64,000 nt of DNA, from contig MU062559.1 of the NCBI GenBank assembly GCA_013265495.1, positions 5,788,577 to 5,852,576 on the forward strand. Direction: 5' to 3'. The position numbers and the translations under genes were made by a program. This document shows positions 1 through 29,642 of this stretch, piece after piece. The DNA is from Vicugna vicugna. Taxonomy: Eukaryota. Numbering within the stretch: position 1 is the stretch's first letter; every line of letters begins with the position of its first letter. Below the pieces are notes generated by a model. The model worked only from the letters and a program-made list of their open reading frames with translations. It made no database searches and had not been told where the DNA came from.

Positions 1-14
1 GTGGGTGAGGCTGA

Positions 15-16844
<16,830 letters not shown>

Positions 16845-16971
16845 GCCAGGATGACACTACCAGGACTCCTCAGGCCAGAAGTCTCCCCTTGGCAAGCAGC
16901 TCCCACCCTGCCTGGGCACTCAGAGCCCAGGCCCGGGGCCCACAGAGACCCCAGCTGTGTTGAGTTGGAGC

Positions 16972-16977
16972 AGTAAA
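16972..16977 (+). terminator. Candidate KCP polyadenylation signal (variant AGTAAA).
   Basis: AGTAAA about 130 nt after the KCP stop, followed by a GU/U-rich tract (GGTTTCCTTTCGTGTATGTGTG, about 16995-17016). The next AATAAA is at 17773. Confidence 0.45.
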
Positions 16978-18131
16978 CTTGGGGCCTCCCCTAAGGTTTC
17001 CTTTCGTGTATGTGTGCTTCCTCCTGCTGCAGGGGTTCTGGTGTGGGCTGCTTGGAACCTGGGATCCAGAGGTCAATGTTTCCAGGGTCAGGGTGGTGGC
17101 AGCTGTGGGACCTTACCCATTCTTTGCACCTGTACCCCGAGCCATCCCAATACCGAGTGCTCAGGCACTTCCTGGGCCACTCTAAGAGCTGGTGACATAG
17201 GGATCCCCCACCTGGAGTAGGGAACAGGAGAGACAATGTGTCTGTGATGACATACAGACACATGTGAAACCCATGTACATCTGTGTGTGTTCATAGCAAC
17301 ACCCACCCCAGATGGACACGTGGGAGGGGACACGTGCAACTTTCAAAGACATCCTTATAGGGGAAGGAATGTGGGTTTTGAAGTTGAAAAAAAATCAATT
17401 TGACAAGAAGTCTCTTCAAAGAAAACTCTATTTTGAGTTCTCTTTGCCACCTACCAGGTGTGTGACCTTAGGGTTTTAGGGACCTTAGCTAAAAGATCGG
17501 GGCACTCAATTCTCATTGCAGGAACCTTATTATTCCAACAGGGAGCAAAGGGAGAGCGAGCTTTGGGCTGAACTGAGACCCCCTCCCTGCTTGCTCAGCC
17601 CATTTCTGCTGGGGCCCCTTTCACGGAGCCCTTACAAGGCAGTTACAGGCAAGACTGCTCATGGTGGCAGGAGGTGTGGAGACTACAGACCATCTCCTAC
17701 GCCCGTTCCCTCCCCTTGTCATAAGTCATGCAAACTGTGTTCTCATCTGTCTGCATCTCACGTGTCTTGGGGAATAAACAGAGTAACCAACAGATAGCAC
17801 TCTGCGCTCGGGCCACTTGCAGTGAGCACTGGGGAAGAGCATCCCTGCTTATACTTGGGACCACATTTTCCCAGAGCCTGATTCTCATGGCCGTCTGTCT
17901 CCAATGAAGGAGATAGTGCCACCTGTTAGTTAGGGCAACTTATTCTCTGGGGCCGTTTTCTTGACTGTGAACTGGGGATGAGAGTAGTAGCACCTACTTT
18001 GTCGAGTTGCTTCGAGGAAGGATTACACGGACATAGGCTTCTGTGTCCTGGCACACAGTAAGCTGCTGGGAGCTGCTGCTGTACTGGGCACATCACATAC
18101 CCATACAATGCAGTTGCAAGCATAACATGTA

Positions 18132-18334
18132 CAGTTGACATTTGGAACAATGGGCCTACTTATACTCAGATTTTTTTCAATGTAAATACTGCAGAACTAC
18201 ACCGTCCACTATTGGTTGACTCCTTGGATAGGGAGGAACTGCCGATACGGAGAGCCAACTATAAGTGATATCTGGATTGTCCACTGGGTGGAGGGTCAGC
18301 ATCCCTAACCCCTGAGCTGTTGAAGGTTCAACTA
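18132..18334 (-). mobile_element. MER8/Tigger2-like TcMar non-autonomous DNA transposon.
   Basis: TA followed by CAGTTGAC...GAACAA at the left end and GTTGAAGGTTCAACT at the right (terminal inverted repeats). Internal GGAGGGTCAGCATCCCTAACCCC matches MER8 as recalled. Confidence 0.7.
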
Positions 18335-18641
18335 TCTATGTAAAACTGATGCTCGTTCCGGACTGCAAATGAGCACCTGCACACACCTCTTTATCAGGAT
18401 CTTACTCCTTACCCCACACTGCCACCCAGATGGCCAAGAAACCTGCATCAGAGTCAGGTCAGCATCTCTATGAGACTTGGCTGAGGCCCAGGCCCTGGCT
18501 CAGATGTCAGGGAGCTGCATTATTTAGCTCAGGAGCCTTTGTCTCCTCCTTGCTCCTGTCCCCAGCTCCTGGTCCTCCTCCTCTCTCGAGGAGCAGCAGA
18601 GGGAGAGGAAGGCAGGATCATCTTCACTGGCCCACTACCCC

Positions 18642-21600
18642 ATGGAGCAGACAGCCACTCCTGGGGGCCGAGGGCTCCCTTGTAGCCTCAAGCAGGCCTT
18701 GGCCCTGTACCAGCGCATCTTCCACTGCCCTGCAGGCTTGGGCCAGCTCTGGGCTGCCCTGCAGCAGGTGAGGGCGGCGGGGCACTGTTTTCAAGGGGGT
18801 GGGCTCTCCGTGGGGCCTGATTCCACTTTGCCTCCCCAGGTACAAGAGGGCCAGGCCTGTCCCTCAGGCCTGGAACTGCCCACGGTGCTACTGCAGATGG
18901 AGCGGAGCCGGCGGGCCCAGGAGCAGGTAAGGTCCAGCCGGCCAGGGGATGTGGCAGAGGGCAGGGTGGGTGCCCCTTCACATTCTGGCACCCTGTCTTC
19001 CTGCAGCTCCTGTGGGACTTGGAGCTGCTGACCGGGGCAGGGCTGGGCCTCTTCTGGCCCCACCGGGCCCAGCTTTGTGGTCTGAGAGGCCAGGCCCAGT
19101 GTGCATGGAGCCAGGGCAGCATGCCCCATGGTAGGATGGATGGGGGCTCTGAGCAGCGGACAAGTTGGGTGAGCTGAAGGCAGGGGGGCAGTCAGTGGGA
19201 CTTTGGGACACTTAAAGTGGTTGAGAAGTAGAAGGGCTTAGAGATAGAGGGATCTGGGTTCAAATCTCTGCTGACGCTCCTTGTGATTGTGAGCCTGTTT
19301 CCTCAGCTACGAAATGGGGAAGATAATAGCTCTTTCTCAGGGGGCTGCAGGGGGGACTGTATCTGGTACCCAGGACTGTCCCGGCTCGTTACCATTCCAT
19401 AGTGAACTATCTTGGTCAAATCAACTGCGTGTTGACACCTAGAAGCCTTTGGACATGGCTGCAGTGAGGGAGGAAAGCAGGCCTGGTGGGGCCCAGAGGG
19501 TGGAGGCACTGATTCCCAGGGTGCCTCTGAGATGAGACCCTGAGCAGCCCCAGTGCCTGGTCCCTCCCTCCAGGAAGGAGGGAGCTGTGGCGACTGGGAA
19601 CTAGGATGTGCCTCCCAGTCCCAGCTCAGCCGTCAACTGCCCGAGGCCTTTTGGGCAGGTTAGTAGCTGTGGCAGGAGGGGGTGTTAGCGATGACCACTG
19701 AAGAAGTGTCCAGCCAACACTTTTGGCCAGGACTACAGTCTCAACTGAAGGCTAGAGTGGGCAGGAGGGATCCATTTCCAAACTCCTTCACTTGGAGGGG
19801 AAGAGGAGGGTGGTCACACAAGGACACGGATACCAGGAGGAGGGATCACTGGGGGCTTGGAGGTCGCCCACTACACTGGAGGTTGATGCCCTATGGACTA
19901 GGCAGCCCCCAACCCTTCCAGAGTTCCAGGCTGTGCTCATCGCCTCCTGCTGAGGACTCCCTGAACCAGACCCATCAGCTCCTGGAGGGGTGAGCCTTTC
20001 TCCCAGGGAATTTCATCCACTCCATGTTGCCACACTAAGCAACCAAGCACTGGATCCTTCGTTCTGTCTCTCTCCATACCCCTGCCCATCGACCCCTCCT
20101 CGTTCCCCCAGCTCCTCCTGGGGCTCTCACTCAATTGTATCCATAAATATGGTTGCCCACAGCCCCTGGAAACGGTAACCTCGAGTTCCAGCTCCTGGGA
20201 CCCAGTGATGGGTACAGAGTTGGGGAAAGATACCCTGGACTGAGCTTGGGTGTTGGAGTGGGACGGCTTAGCAGCCTACTGGGGGCAGGGAGTCTGGGAG
20301 GCAGGGTGCCCCTGTCTCTCCAGAGCCCAGATGCAAAAGGTGCATCTGAGGCAGTCTTTGCATTCCTGTAGGGGGCAGTCGGTGGACCCATCATCAGCCT
20401 GGGATCTAAGTGAAGCCAGGAGTAATGCAGACCCAAGGTGGGAGAGCCCTGGCATGCCTGCAGAGTCCACGCCTGGTACGTTGACAGGAGGGGTTAGCAG
20501 CCAGGAGAACAGGCGTCCCTGGGCTGGAGTGGCCAGCCTAGGTTGGGAGGATTGGGGAAGCCCTCACCCCAAGTCCTGGGATTTCAGTCCATCCTCACCT
20601 ATTCCTTGCCTCGTACTTTTTGGGGGGGTGCCAGGGGCACCCAGGGACAACAGGTAGATTTTCTTTTATATGCCAATTCCACCTGATTAGTACCAGCTGT
20701 CTCAGGCACTGTGTCCAAGAGGATTCTGAAGCTAAGCTGGGGTACAGAGGGGAGAGAGCTGGGAATCACTGTCCACGGCTGCCCAGGGAGGAGGGACTTG
20801 AATGGCCGCTCCAAGCTGCCTAGTTGCCACCCGCATGCCAGGCACTGGGGAGAAACAGCACAAGAGAGACTTGGCTCATCACTTGTCCTCATCTCTAAGG
20901 AAATCATAGCCTAGTGAGAGAGTATGACAATAAACAGGCGATCAGAATTCAGTAGGATGGATGCTGTGAGCCCTGGGCCTGTTAGTTTAAATGAAACAGG
21001 CTCTCAAGTGATTTGTTAAATAATAGGCCTGGCAAAGTCATAAGCCTTCAATTGTGCCATCATGCCCGGGAGAGAGGAGGAAAGTGCCAATGATTATTTC
21101 TGACCGACAGAGAGATTTTTACAAGTATATTATTACCTGGGAAGACATTGTGGGAGACATCAATTACAACACTACAACCAGAGAAATAAATGACCTAGTA
21201 AGACAACAGATCAGAATGACAAGGGGACAGGGGTTGGAGGTTATTTTCACAGTTCATAGCAATAATTTCTAAAGGCTTGGGAGTCTTATTAGATTCTTTT
21301 GTTTGAAACTCTTCAAAAGACAGATTTGTTTTCACAGAGAGCATTCCCATTTGGTTACTGTTATGAATATTCACACATCCATATTGCATAAAGATGGCAT
21401 TTCTTGTGAGAGTTCTCAATTTAAGACCTTACAAAATCAAGTTCTTTTAACTAGTTTTATGGATGCAAAACAATGCTCCTTCCTCCACAGCTGCAAAGGA
21501 GCAGCGACATTTCATCTTTTTTTAGATTCCTTTTGTTCATTAGGAAGACTTGCAGTTTTTAGGTTAGCCTCTGGCCTAAAATTCCACTTCTTGAATTTCA

Positions 21601-24344
21601 CTTGATTTTTCTGTCAGAAACCAAGAAAGAGCTAAGGAGGATTATCCTAAATAGTAAGAAACTAAGGTCCATATGGTGGGGCTGGGCAGGCACACAGGGA
21701 TAAAGTGGGGGTAGTCCTTATGAAGGACTGACAAGCCAGGTAAAAGCAGTCCCTTCCTGCTCCTAGGCCTACCCTGGTGGTTCTGAGGAAGAGGGTGTGC
21801 AGGTTCCTCTGAGGTGGTCCTTGGCTGGGAGGATGAGGAAGATGGGGTCAGCTGTTGGCAGGCAAACCTGACAAACAGGCACATAGCAGACTGTGTAAAT
21901 AAAAGGGGAGTGATGAACTGTGACAGCCTTGAAATTCCAATACCAGTCCTCAGGGTACCTCCCTGCTTCCATGCTGGGGACTCCCTAGGTTTCTTGGTTC
22001 TGGTTCTGGTGGAATGTGTGTGTGGGGGGGTGCTGGGACAGGAGCAGAGGGCTCCCAACATCAGTCTTTGTCCCGTAGGTTGCTTACAAGAGCTGAACCC
22101 CACCACCACCGGCAGTTTTGGGGAACCAGGAAGCTCAGAGTTCAAGGTGAAAGGGTTGAAGGGTCCTGGGCAAGACCCCTCTCAGATTGGGGATAGCAGG
22201 GGTTTGTCTGGGAGGAGGCTGCTGGGGTGAGAAGCCCACTCACTGCCAGGTGGAAGAAGGGACTATCAGTGAAGCACCTTTTCTATTATATAACATGGAT
22301 TTAATGAATTCAGGAAAAAAGGCAAGGGCCCTTACAGGCCCACTGGGGTCTCCAGGGTTCCATGCGGGACATGGCCCTAGCACAGGGGGTGCCTCAAAAA
22401 CCTGGGACAAAGTGTTCTTCCTTCCTAGGACCTGACCCAGAGGGATGAGAGGGGCCAAGCAGAGCCCACAACCCAGAGGCCCAGTCGATCATCATCCAGG
22501 AGCCTACAGGAGAAAAAGCTTGCTCAGGGAGCCCCAGGACCCTCAAGCTTCCCGCCCCAGGGCCTGCCAGAACCCCAAGATCCCCTGGAGGGGCTGGGCT
22601 GCAGCCCAGGCCAGGAGAGAGCAGAGCTTCAGAAGCTGCTAAGGATTGAGATGATTCAGAGTCAGAGAGAGGAGGACCCTCAGGAGCAGAAAGAAGAGAC
22701 CCCTCAGGATCAGAGAGGGGAAGCCCCCCAGGGGAAGGACAAAGACTTTCCTCAGAGGAAGAGAGAGAAGACACAACAGGGTCAGAGTGTGGAGGCTACG
22801 CAGGCTCTGAGGGAAGAAGAGGCCCCTGAAGGGCAAAGGTGGGAGGCCCCCCAGGGTGAGAACAAAGAGGCTCCTCAAGGTCAAGACAGAAATCACTCTA
22901 AGTGTCAGAGAAAGGAGGCCCTCTTGGAGCAGAGTGAGGATTCTCCTCAGGGCCTGGAAGTGAAGATCCTTCAGTCTTCCGACGGCAGAGGCTGTCTCTC
23001 ACAAGCCCTGGAGGTGGCTCAGGGAGAGGCGCCTACACTGCCCTCGGAGGAAGGCGGCTCCCTGGGAATTCTGGGGGACTTCTGCAGGTCCCTGGGAGAA
23101 CAGATGCCGCAGCCTGAAAGCTGGGAGAGCCCAGGCCCCCGGGGAAGGACCAACCAGCTGATGCAGGTTAAGACTGATGCCTGGACAGGAGAGTCGGCAT
23201 CGGCCGTGGGAGAGCAGGGGCCCGCCCGGGAAGGAACGTGGGTTCCCCTTCCGACCCCGAGGCCCCCAGCCCAGCCGCCACTCCCAGGCCCAGGAGTGGT
23301 GATGCTAGCGGCCCGACACACTGGGGGCTCCGGGCAGCTGGAGCACCTTGCAGCTCCCTCGGGGCACCCGGGCCTGGTGCGCGATCCGTACGCGCTTCAG
23401 GGCCCGGGAGGAAGCCCCAGCCCCGCGGAGCAGGAGGTGGGCGGCTCCACGGGGCTCCCGGGCGCCCTCGGGGAGTCGAGGGGTGGCGCCGAAGCCCCCA
23501 AGGCCTCGAAGGCCGCTTGGCCCGAGCCCCCGGGCAGGAAGAGGTCGTCGGCGGGTGTGAGCGCGGCGCAGCAGGAGACGGCTCTTCAGCGGCTGCTGGA
23601 GCTGCACCGTGAGGCTAGGCGCCGCCGGCGGCAGGACCGCGAGCAGCAGCGGCTCCGGGTGCGCGGCCGGGCCGGGCCGGGCGGGCGGGCGGGCGTGCTG
23701 TCGGGACACCGAGGGGCGGCGGGGCGGCCGCTGACAGCCGCCTCCCCCAGGTCCTGGAACGCCTCCGCATCGCCAGGAACCGCCACTGCCGGGTGCACCC
23801 CCTGGGACCTCCACCCAACCCAGCTCAGCTCCCACCACAGGCAAGACCCCCCCCCAGGAGAAGGCAGTGGGGCCGTAACGACCCTGCCCGGGCGGGAGGC
23901 GGCGGCCGAGCTGGGCGCGACCCGGGTCCCTTGGATGTGCTTGCGCCGCGCACTTGCAATGACACCTGCGGAGAGCGGGAGGGGCGGGCCTTCCCGGGTG
24001 CTGCCCCCTGCTGGCCTCATCGAACCCGGGCGCTGGGAGGCGCGGACGCTCAGCGCTCCGTACGGCCCCAGGAGGACGCGGCCGGGCAGCGGCGCGCCCT
24101 GCGGGAGCAGCTGGAGCGGGCGCACCGGGAGAGGACCGGGCGGCTGCGGGCTCTCGGAGCCAGGTGAGGGGGCGAGCGGGGAAATTTGTGGGGTGGTGGC
24201 AGTCCTCTTTCCCTGGCATCTGGGGTGACAGACCACTCTCTCCCCAGGAACACCCAGAACTTCCAGCAGCTACTGTGGCCCCCTGGCGCTGAGGAGCCTG
24301 GAGAGTATCGCTCACCATTCCCAGACTCCTCTAGTCACTGCTGA
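18642..24344 (+). CDS. Uncharacterised 8-exon protein-coding gene candidate, about 637 aa: helical N-terminus, E/Q/P/G-rich low-complexity middle with an octapeptide repeat, Arg/Glu/Gln-rich coiled-coil-like C-terminus.
   Basis: Hand-built model: 18642-18767 (ATG, ends phase 0), 18840-18926 (0), 19007-19130 (1), 22079-22146 (0), 22429-23658 (0), 23751-23840 (0, GC donor), 24072-24163 (2), 24248-24344 (TGA). Total 1914 nt with no internal stop. Introns are 72, 80, 2948, 282, 92, 231 and 84 nt, all ending in AG. AATAAA follows at 24758. No gene symbol recognised. The exon 3-4-5 junctions and the true start are least certain. Confidence 0.72.
19232..19420 (+). mobile_element. MIR SINE.
   Basis: CTGGGTTCAAATCTCTGCT...GAGCCTGTTTCCTCAGCTACGAAATGGGGAAGATAATAG. 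Confidence 0.65.
22666..22956 (+). repeat. Degenerate 24-bp coding repeat, about 12 octapeptides, consensus xxEAPQGQ.
   Basis: REEDPQEQ KEETPQDQ RGEAPQGK DKDFPQRK REKTQQGQ SVEATQAL REEEAPEGQ RWEAPQGE NKEAPQGQ DRNHSKCQ RKEALLEQ SEDSPQGL. Confidence 0.8.
23200..24190. promoter_or_regulatory. Intragenic CpG island over exons 5-7 of the uncharacterised gene.
   Basis: Abrupt rise in GC and CpG from about 23200 to 24190, introns included. Confidence 0.65.
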
Positions 24345-24529
24345 ATCCTCAAAGGGATGATTAAGAGATGGGGGGTTAAGGAAAAAGCAAGAGGTCAGAG
24401 AGTTTCAGAACGGCCCAGAAAGCAGCCTCAGCGCCTGGGAGAGCCAGACAGACACACACGACAGCCTTGCCCCACCAAGAGGTGTGTTATTTCTTTTTAT
24501 CCCCCCTCAGCCCACTACCTGGCCTAGGG

Positions 24530-26696
<2,167 letters not shown>

Positions 26697-27150
26697 AGTG
26701 CATCACCTCACACAGGGCCAGGGTTCCACTAGCCATGCCCTCAGCACACCTCACATGCCTTATGTGCTGAGGCAGCAGCAGGCCAGGGCCCACTGGCCAA
26801 GAGCCTTGACCCCCAAACCTCTGATAGGACCCAGACTAGAATCAAAGACTTTCAGGTTTCCTGTGAATTTCGCTTCCATCCCTTGAAGTCATGTCCCCTC
26901 CCAGCCAATACAGACTCAAGTCGGGGAACCAGGGGTCTGGATGCCAGCCTCCTTCATTCCTCCCTGCCAGAGCTGGTCATCTCTGTTTCTGAGGACTCTT
27001 GGCACAATCTTCTCAGTCCAACTCTTCTATGTTTGAGTCTTTGGTAGAATCTTTTCCAGCCCTGCCAATCCAATCCCCACCCAACGGCCTCATCCCACAT
27101 GTGTCCTTTCTAGCACCCAGCCTCAGTTTGGAGAGAAGCAAGAACGTTAC

Positions 27151-27156
27151 TTTAAT
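27151..27156 (-). terminator. ATP6V1F polyadenylation signal (ATTAAA).
   Basis: + strand TTTAAT at 27151-27156, about 240 nt downstream of the TAG. Confidence 0.7.
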
Positions 27157-27396
27157 TTAACATCAACAATGACACTGTGTAACAGCACAGGGAAGAGGTA
27201 GTGGAGAGAAGACACTCAGGCTTCCTGTACCCTAACCAGCCTTGATTTTAATGGCACAGCCCCAGCAACCTAGAAGCCCCTCGCCTAGCCTCTCAGTGGA
27301 GTGGGAAGGGGCAGGGAATTGGAAATCAGAGGCTCAAATCTTAGAGAAGGGCTGATGGCAAGCCTGGGGAGAGGCTGCAGGGCTGTGGGGAGTCCC

Positions 27397-29642
27397 CTAG
27401 CGGAGGTCTTCAGCCGTGAACATGCCCCTGGCCCTGCGAAGGATGGAGTCCTTGGCAGCATCATAGGGGTGCTCCTTGGATGGGATCTCCAGGACGGCCG
27501 GAATGGAGCGCTGGTGGGCATCGAGCGCATGCCGCACCATCTCTGCGATGTACTGGTTGATGAGGATGATGCCAATGTCGTCCCGGTTTAGAAACTGCCT
27601 GTTGGGAGAGATGAGAAGGGAGTCCAGGGCGGTCCACTCTCAGTTGGTGGGCTGGTCTGCAAAGGGGAACAAGCTTGATCCAGAGAGCACAATGGACAAG
27701 GGAAAAGGTTGCTATCTTAAACTTGCTCCATTCTATTCAGAATCAATTTCACTCAAAAGCTAAGGGCCACGGCTTCTACCTTCCCCTGCTTGGAAGGCTC
27801 CCAGCTGAACTGATAATGAAGATAAGGGTGCATGCTGGTGTATTCCATATGCTGCCTTCATGTAAGAAAGGAGAGGATAAGAATACATATGTCTGACCTT
27901 TTTATCTGCAGAAAGATAAGGAAGAAGCTAAGTGGTTATCTGCGGGGTGGAGGAAGGAGGTAATGAAGTAGAAGAGGTCGGGGTGAGAGTATGACTTCTC
28001 AATGTGTGTATCTTTTAAATATTAATTTAGAAACCACATGAACACATTAACTTTTCAAAAGAAAACATTAAATTTTTTCAGGGGGCACTGTTGAGACCAC
28101 TCAAGGTCTATGCTGCTAAGGGCAGGGGGTAGATCAGAGGGGAAGTTTGGCCTGAGTCAAGAACACAACACAGGAAGAGGAAAATTAGTGACCAAGGAAA
28201 TCACACTTTCCACATAGAGAACCTGGCGCTGGACTCTTACTTTCATGTGATCCATTCCATGTGACCCATTCATTAATTTATTTACTCCTTAAAAACTATT
28301 TACGGAGCACCTACTCTGTGCCAAACACTAGGGAAGGTTATACTTAATGATTTCTGAGGTCCCTTTTGATTGGAAACTTGGAAAGTTCTTGCAGTAATAT
28401 TTGTCCTTCTCTCATGACAACTTGGGTCACTCTACCAGACTGCTTAGGGATCAGCAGAGATCAGCTCCCAGGTAAGGGCCTATCATCCCCCAGGCAGCGG
28501 GAACCAGTTTCAGCCGGCAGCTCAGGACTGGGCTGCTTAGGGAGAAACAGGTAAGAGTGGTTTGTTCCTGAGACTTGGCACAGGGGCCCTAGAGAAGGGG
28601 TGTGGGGAAAAAAGGGAGGACTGGCACCCTCAATTCTAGTCATCAGGACACCTCCTGGATTAAGGGACATGCCTGCACCTACATTTTGAAACTATTGCTC
28701 TTAACCCAGGACAGGAAATGCATATTTGAAGTGCAAGGTCTTAGCAGAAGGTAGGACACAGTCCTGATAACCTGTCCACTGTGCTAAGGGCAATGGGAAA
28801 TTCCAAAGCAAACAGAAGACAGCGGCACAAGCAGAGTGTAGACCTGGCTTAAGGAAGGCAGAAAGAGTGGGGACCAGGTTCAAATCCCTTCCCTGCTCAG
28901 TCTCTTCAGCATTGTATGACTTTAGTAGGTACCTTAACCTCTGTGAACTTTTTAGTTTTCTACCTGTAAGTGGGAATACCCACTCCCTACCTTACCTCAC
29001 GATTGGGGCCTCAAAGGGATATGAAAATAAAGAAAGCCGAACTCACTGCCCAGGTGTTCAGAGTGTGTGGTTCTTTTAGGGGTCAACTCGCAAAAGAGTG
29101 CTTGCAGTGCCCGAGCCTGCTCTACGGCTGAACTGGGGAGGCCCCTGCAGGGAAGCTGAGTCTGGCCCCCTCCAGGGCCTAGGTGCTCTAAAAGCCCAGC
29201 TCCGGCGGGGCAGGTTGGGCCGAGCGCGGCGCCAGCCCGTCACGAGCTCTGTTCCCCTTCTTTCCTGACACACGGTCATGTGAGGGGGGAGCTTGTGGAC
29301 CCGACATAGCCCCGGTCCCATACGGAGGCCTTCGCTCCGGAAGGGCGGGTGGACCGACTTCTCTGAGCCCGGAGGACGGGGTCTGATACTTCGGTTAAGG
29401 TCTGGAAGCCTAGTGCCGCCCCCGCCTTCCCGCGCTGCCACTAGGCAGCGGAGGGTCCCGTTCAGGCCNNNNNNNNNNNNNNNNNNNNNNNNNNNNNNNN
29501 NNNNNNNNNNNNNNNNNNNNNNNNNNNNNNNNNNNNNNNNNNNNNNNNNNNNNNNNNNNNNNNNNNNNNNNNNNNNNNNNNNNNNNNNNNNNNNNNNNNN
29601 NNNNNNNNNNNNNNNNNNNNNNNNCTTCCCCCTCCCCGCCAT
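27397..29642 (-). CDS. ATP6V1F: V-type proton ATPase subunit F, 119 aa, 2 coding exons; most of exon 1 is hidden by Ns.
   Basis: ATG at 29642 gives MAGRGK before the N run at 29469-29624. Exon 2 is 27598-27397: [69 protein letters not shown]. The exon 1 end (about 29485) is inferred from the known 119-aa length and is not visible. Confidence 0.96.
27870..28075 (+). mobile_element. Old L1 (L1ME-like) 3' end fragment in the ATP6V1F intron.
   Basis: AGTGGTTATCTGCGGGGTGG...GACTTCTCAATGTGTGTATCTTTTAAAT...A-rich tail. Confidence 0.45.
28835..29010 (+). mobile_element. MIR SINE.
   Basis: CCAGGTTCAAATCCC...GTATGACTTTAGTAGGTACCTTAACCTCTGTGAAC...TTTCTACCTGTAAGTGGGAATA. Confidence 0.65.

Noticed and set aside
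21054-21272. 72-aa ORF inside the AT-rich island
   Set aside because: Short, non-ATG track start, no convincing splice sites or family resemblance; a non-coding role is more plausible.
23659-24228. C-terminal 190 codons of the 525-aa track ORF 22651..24228
   Set aside because: Read-through of GC-rich introns. Splicing at 23658/23751 gives a better, helical, phase-consistent C-terminus, and the unspliced tail is Gly/Ala/Pro-rich noise.
23305-24318. 337-aa and 216-aa antisense ORFs over the CpG island
   Set aside because: Stop codons are depleted in very GC-rich DNA; there is no splice, start-context or compositional support.
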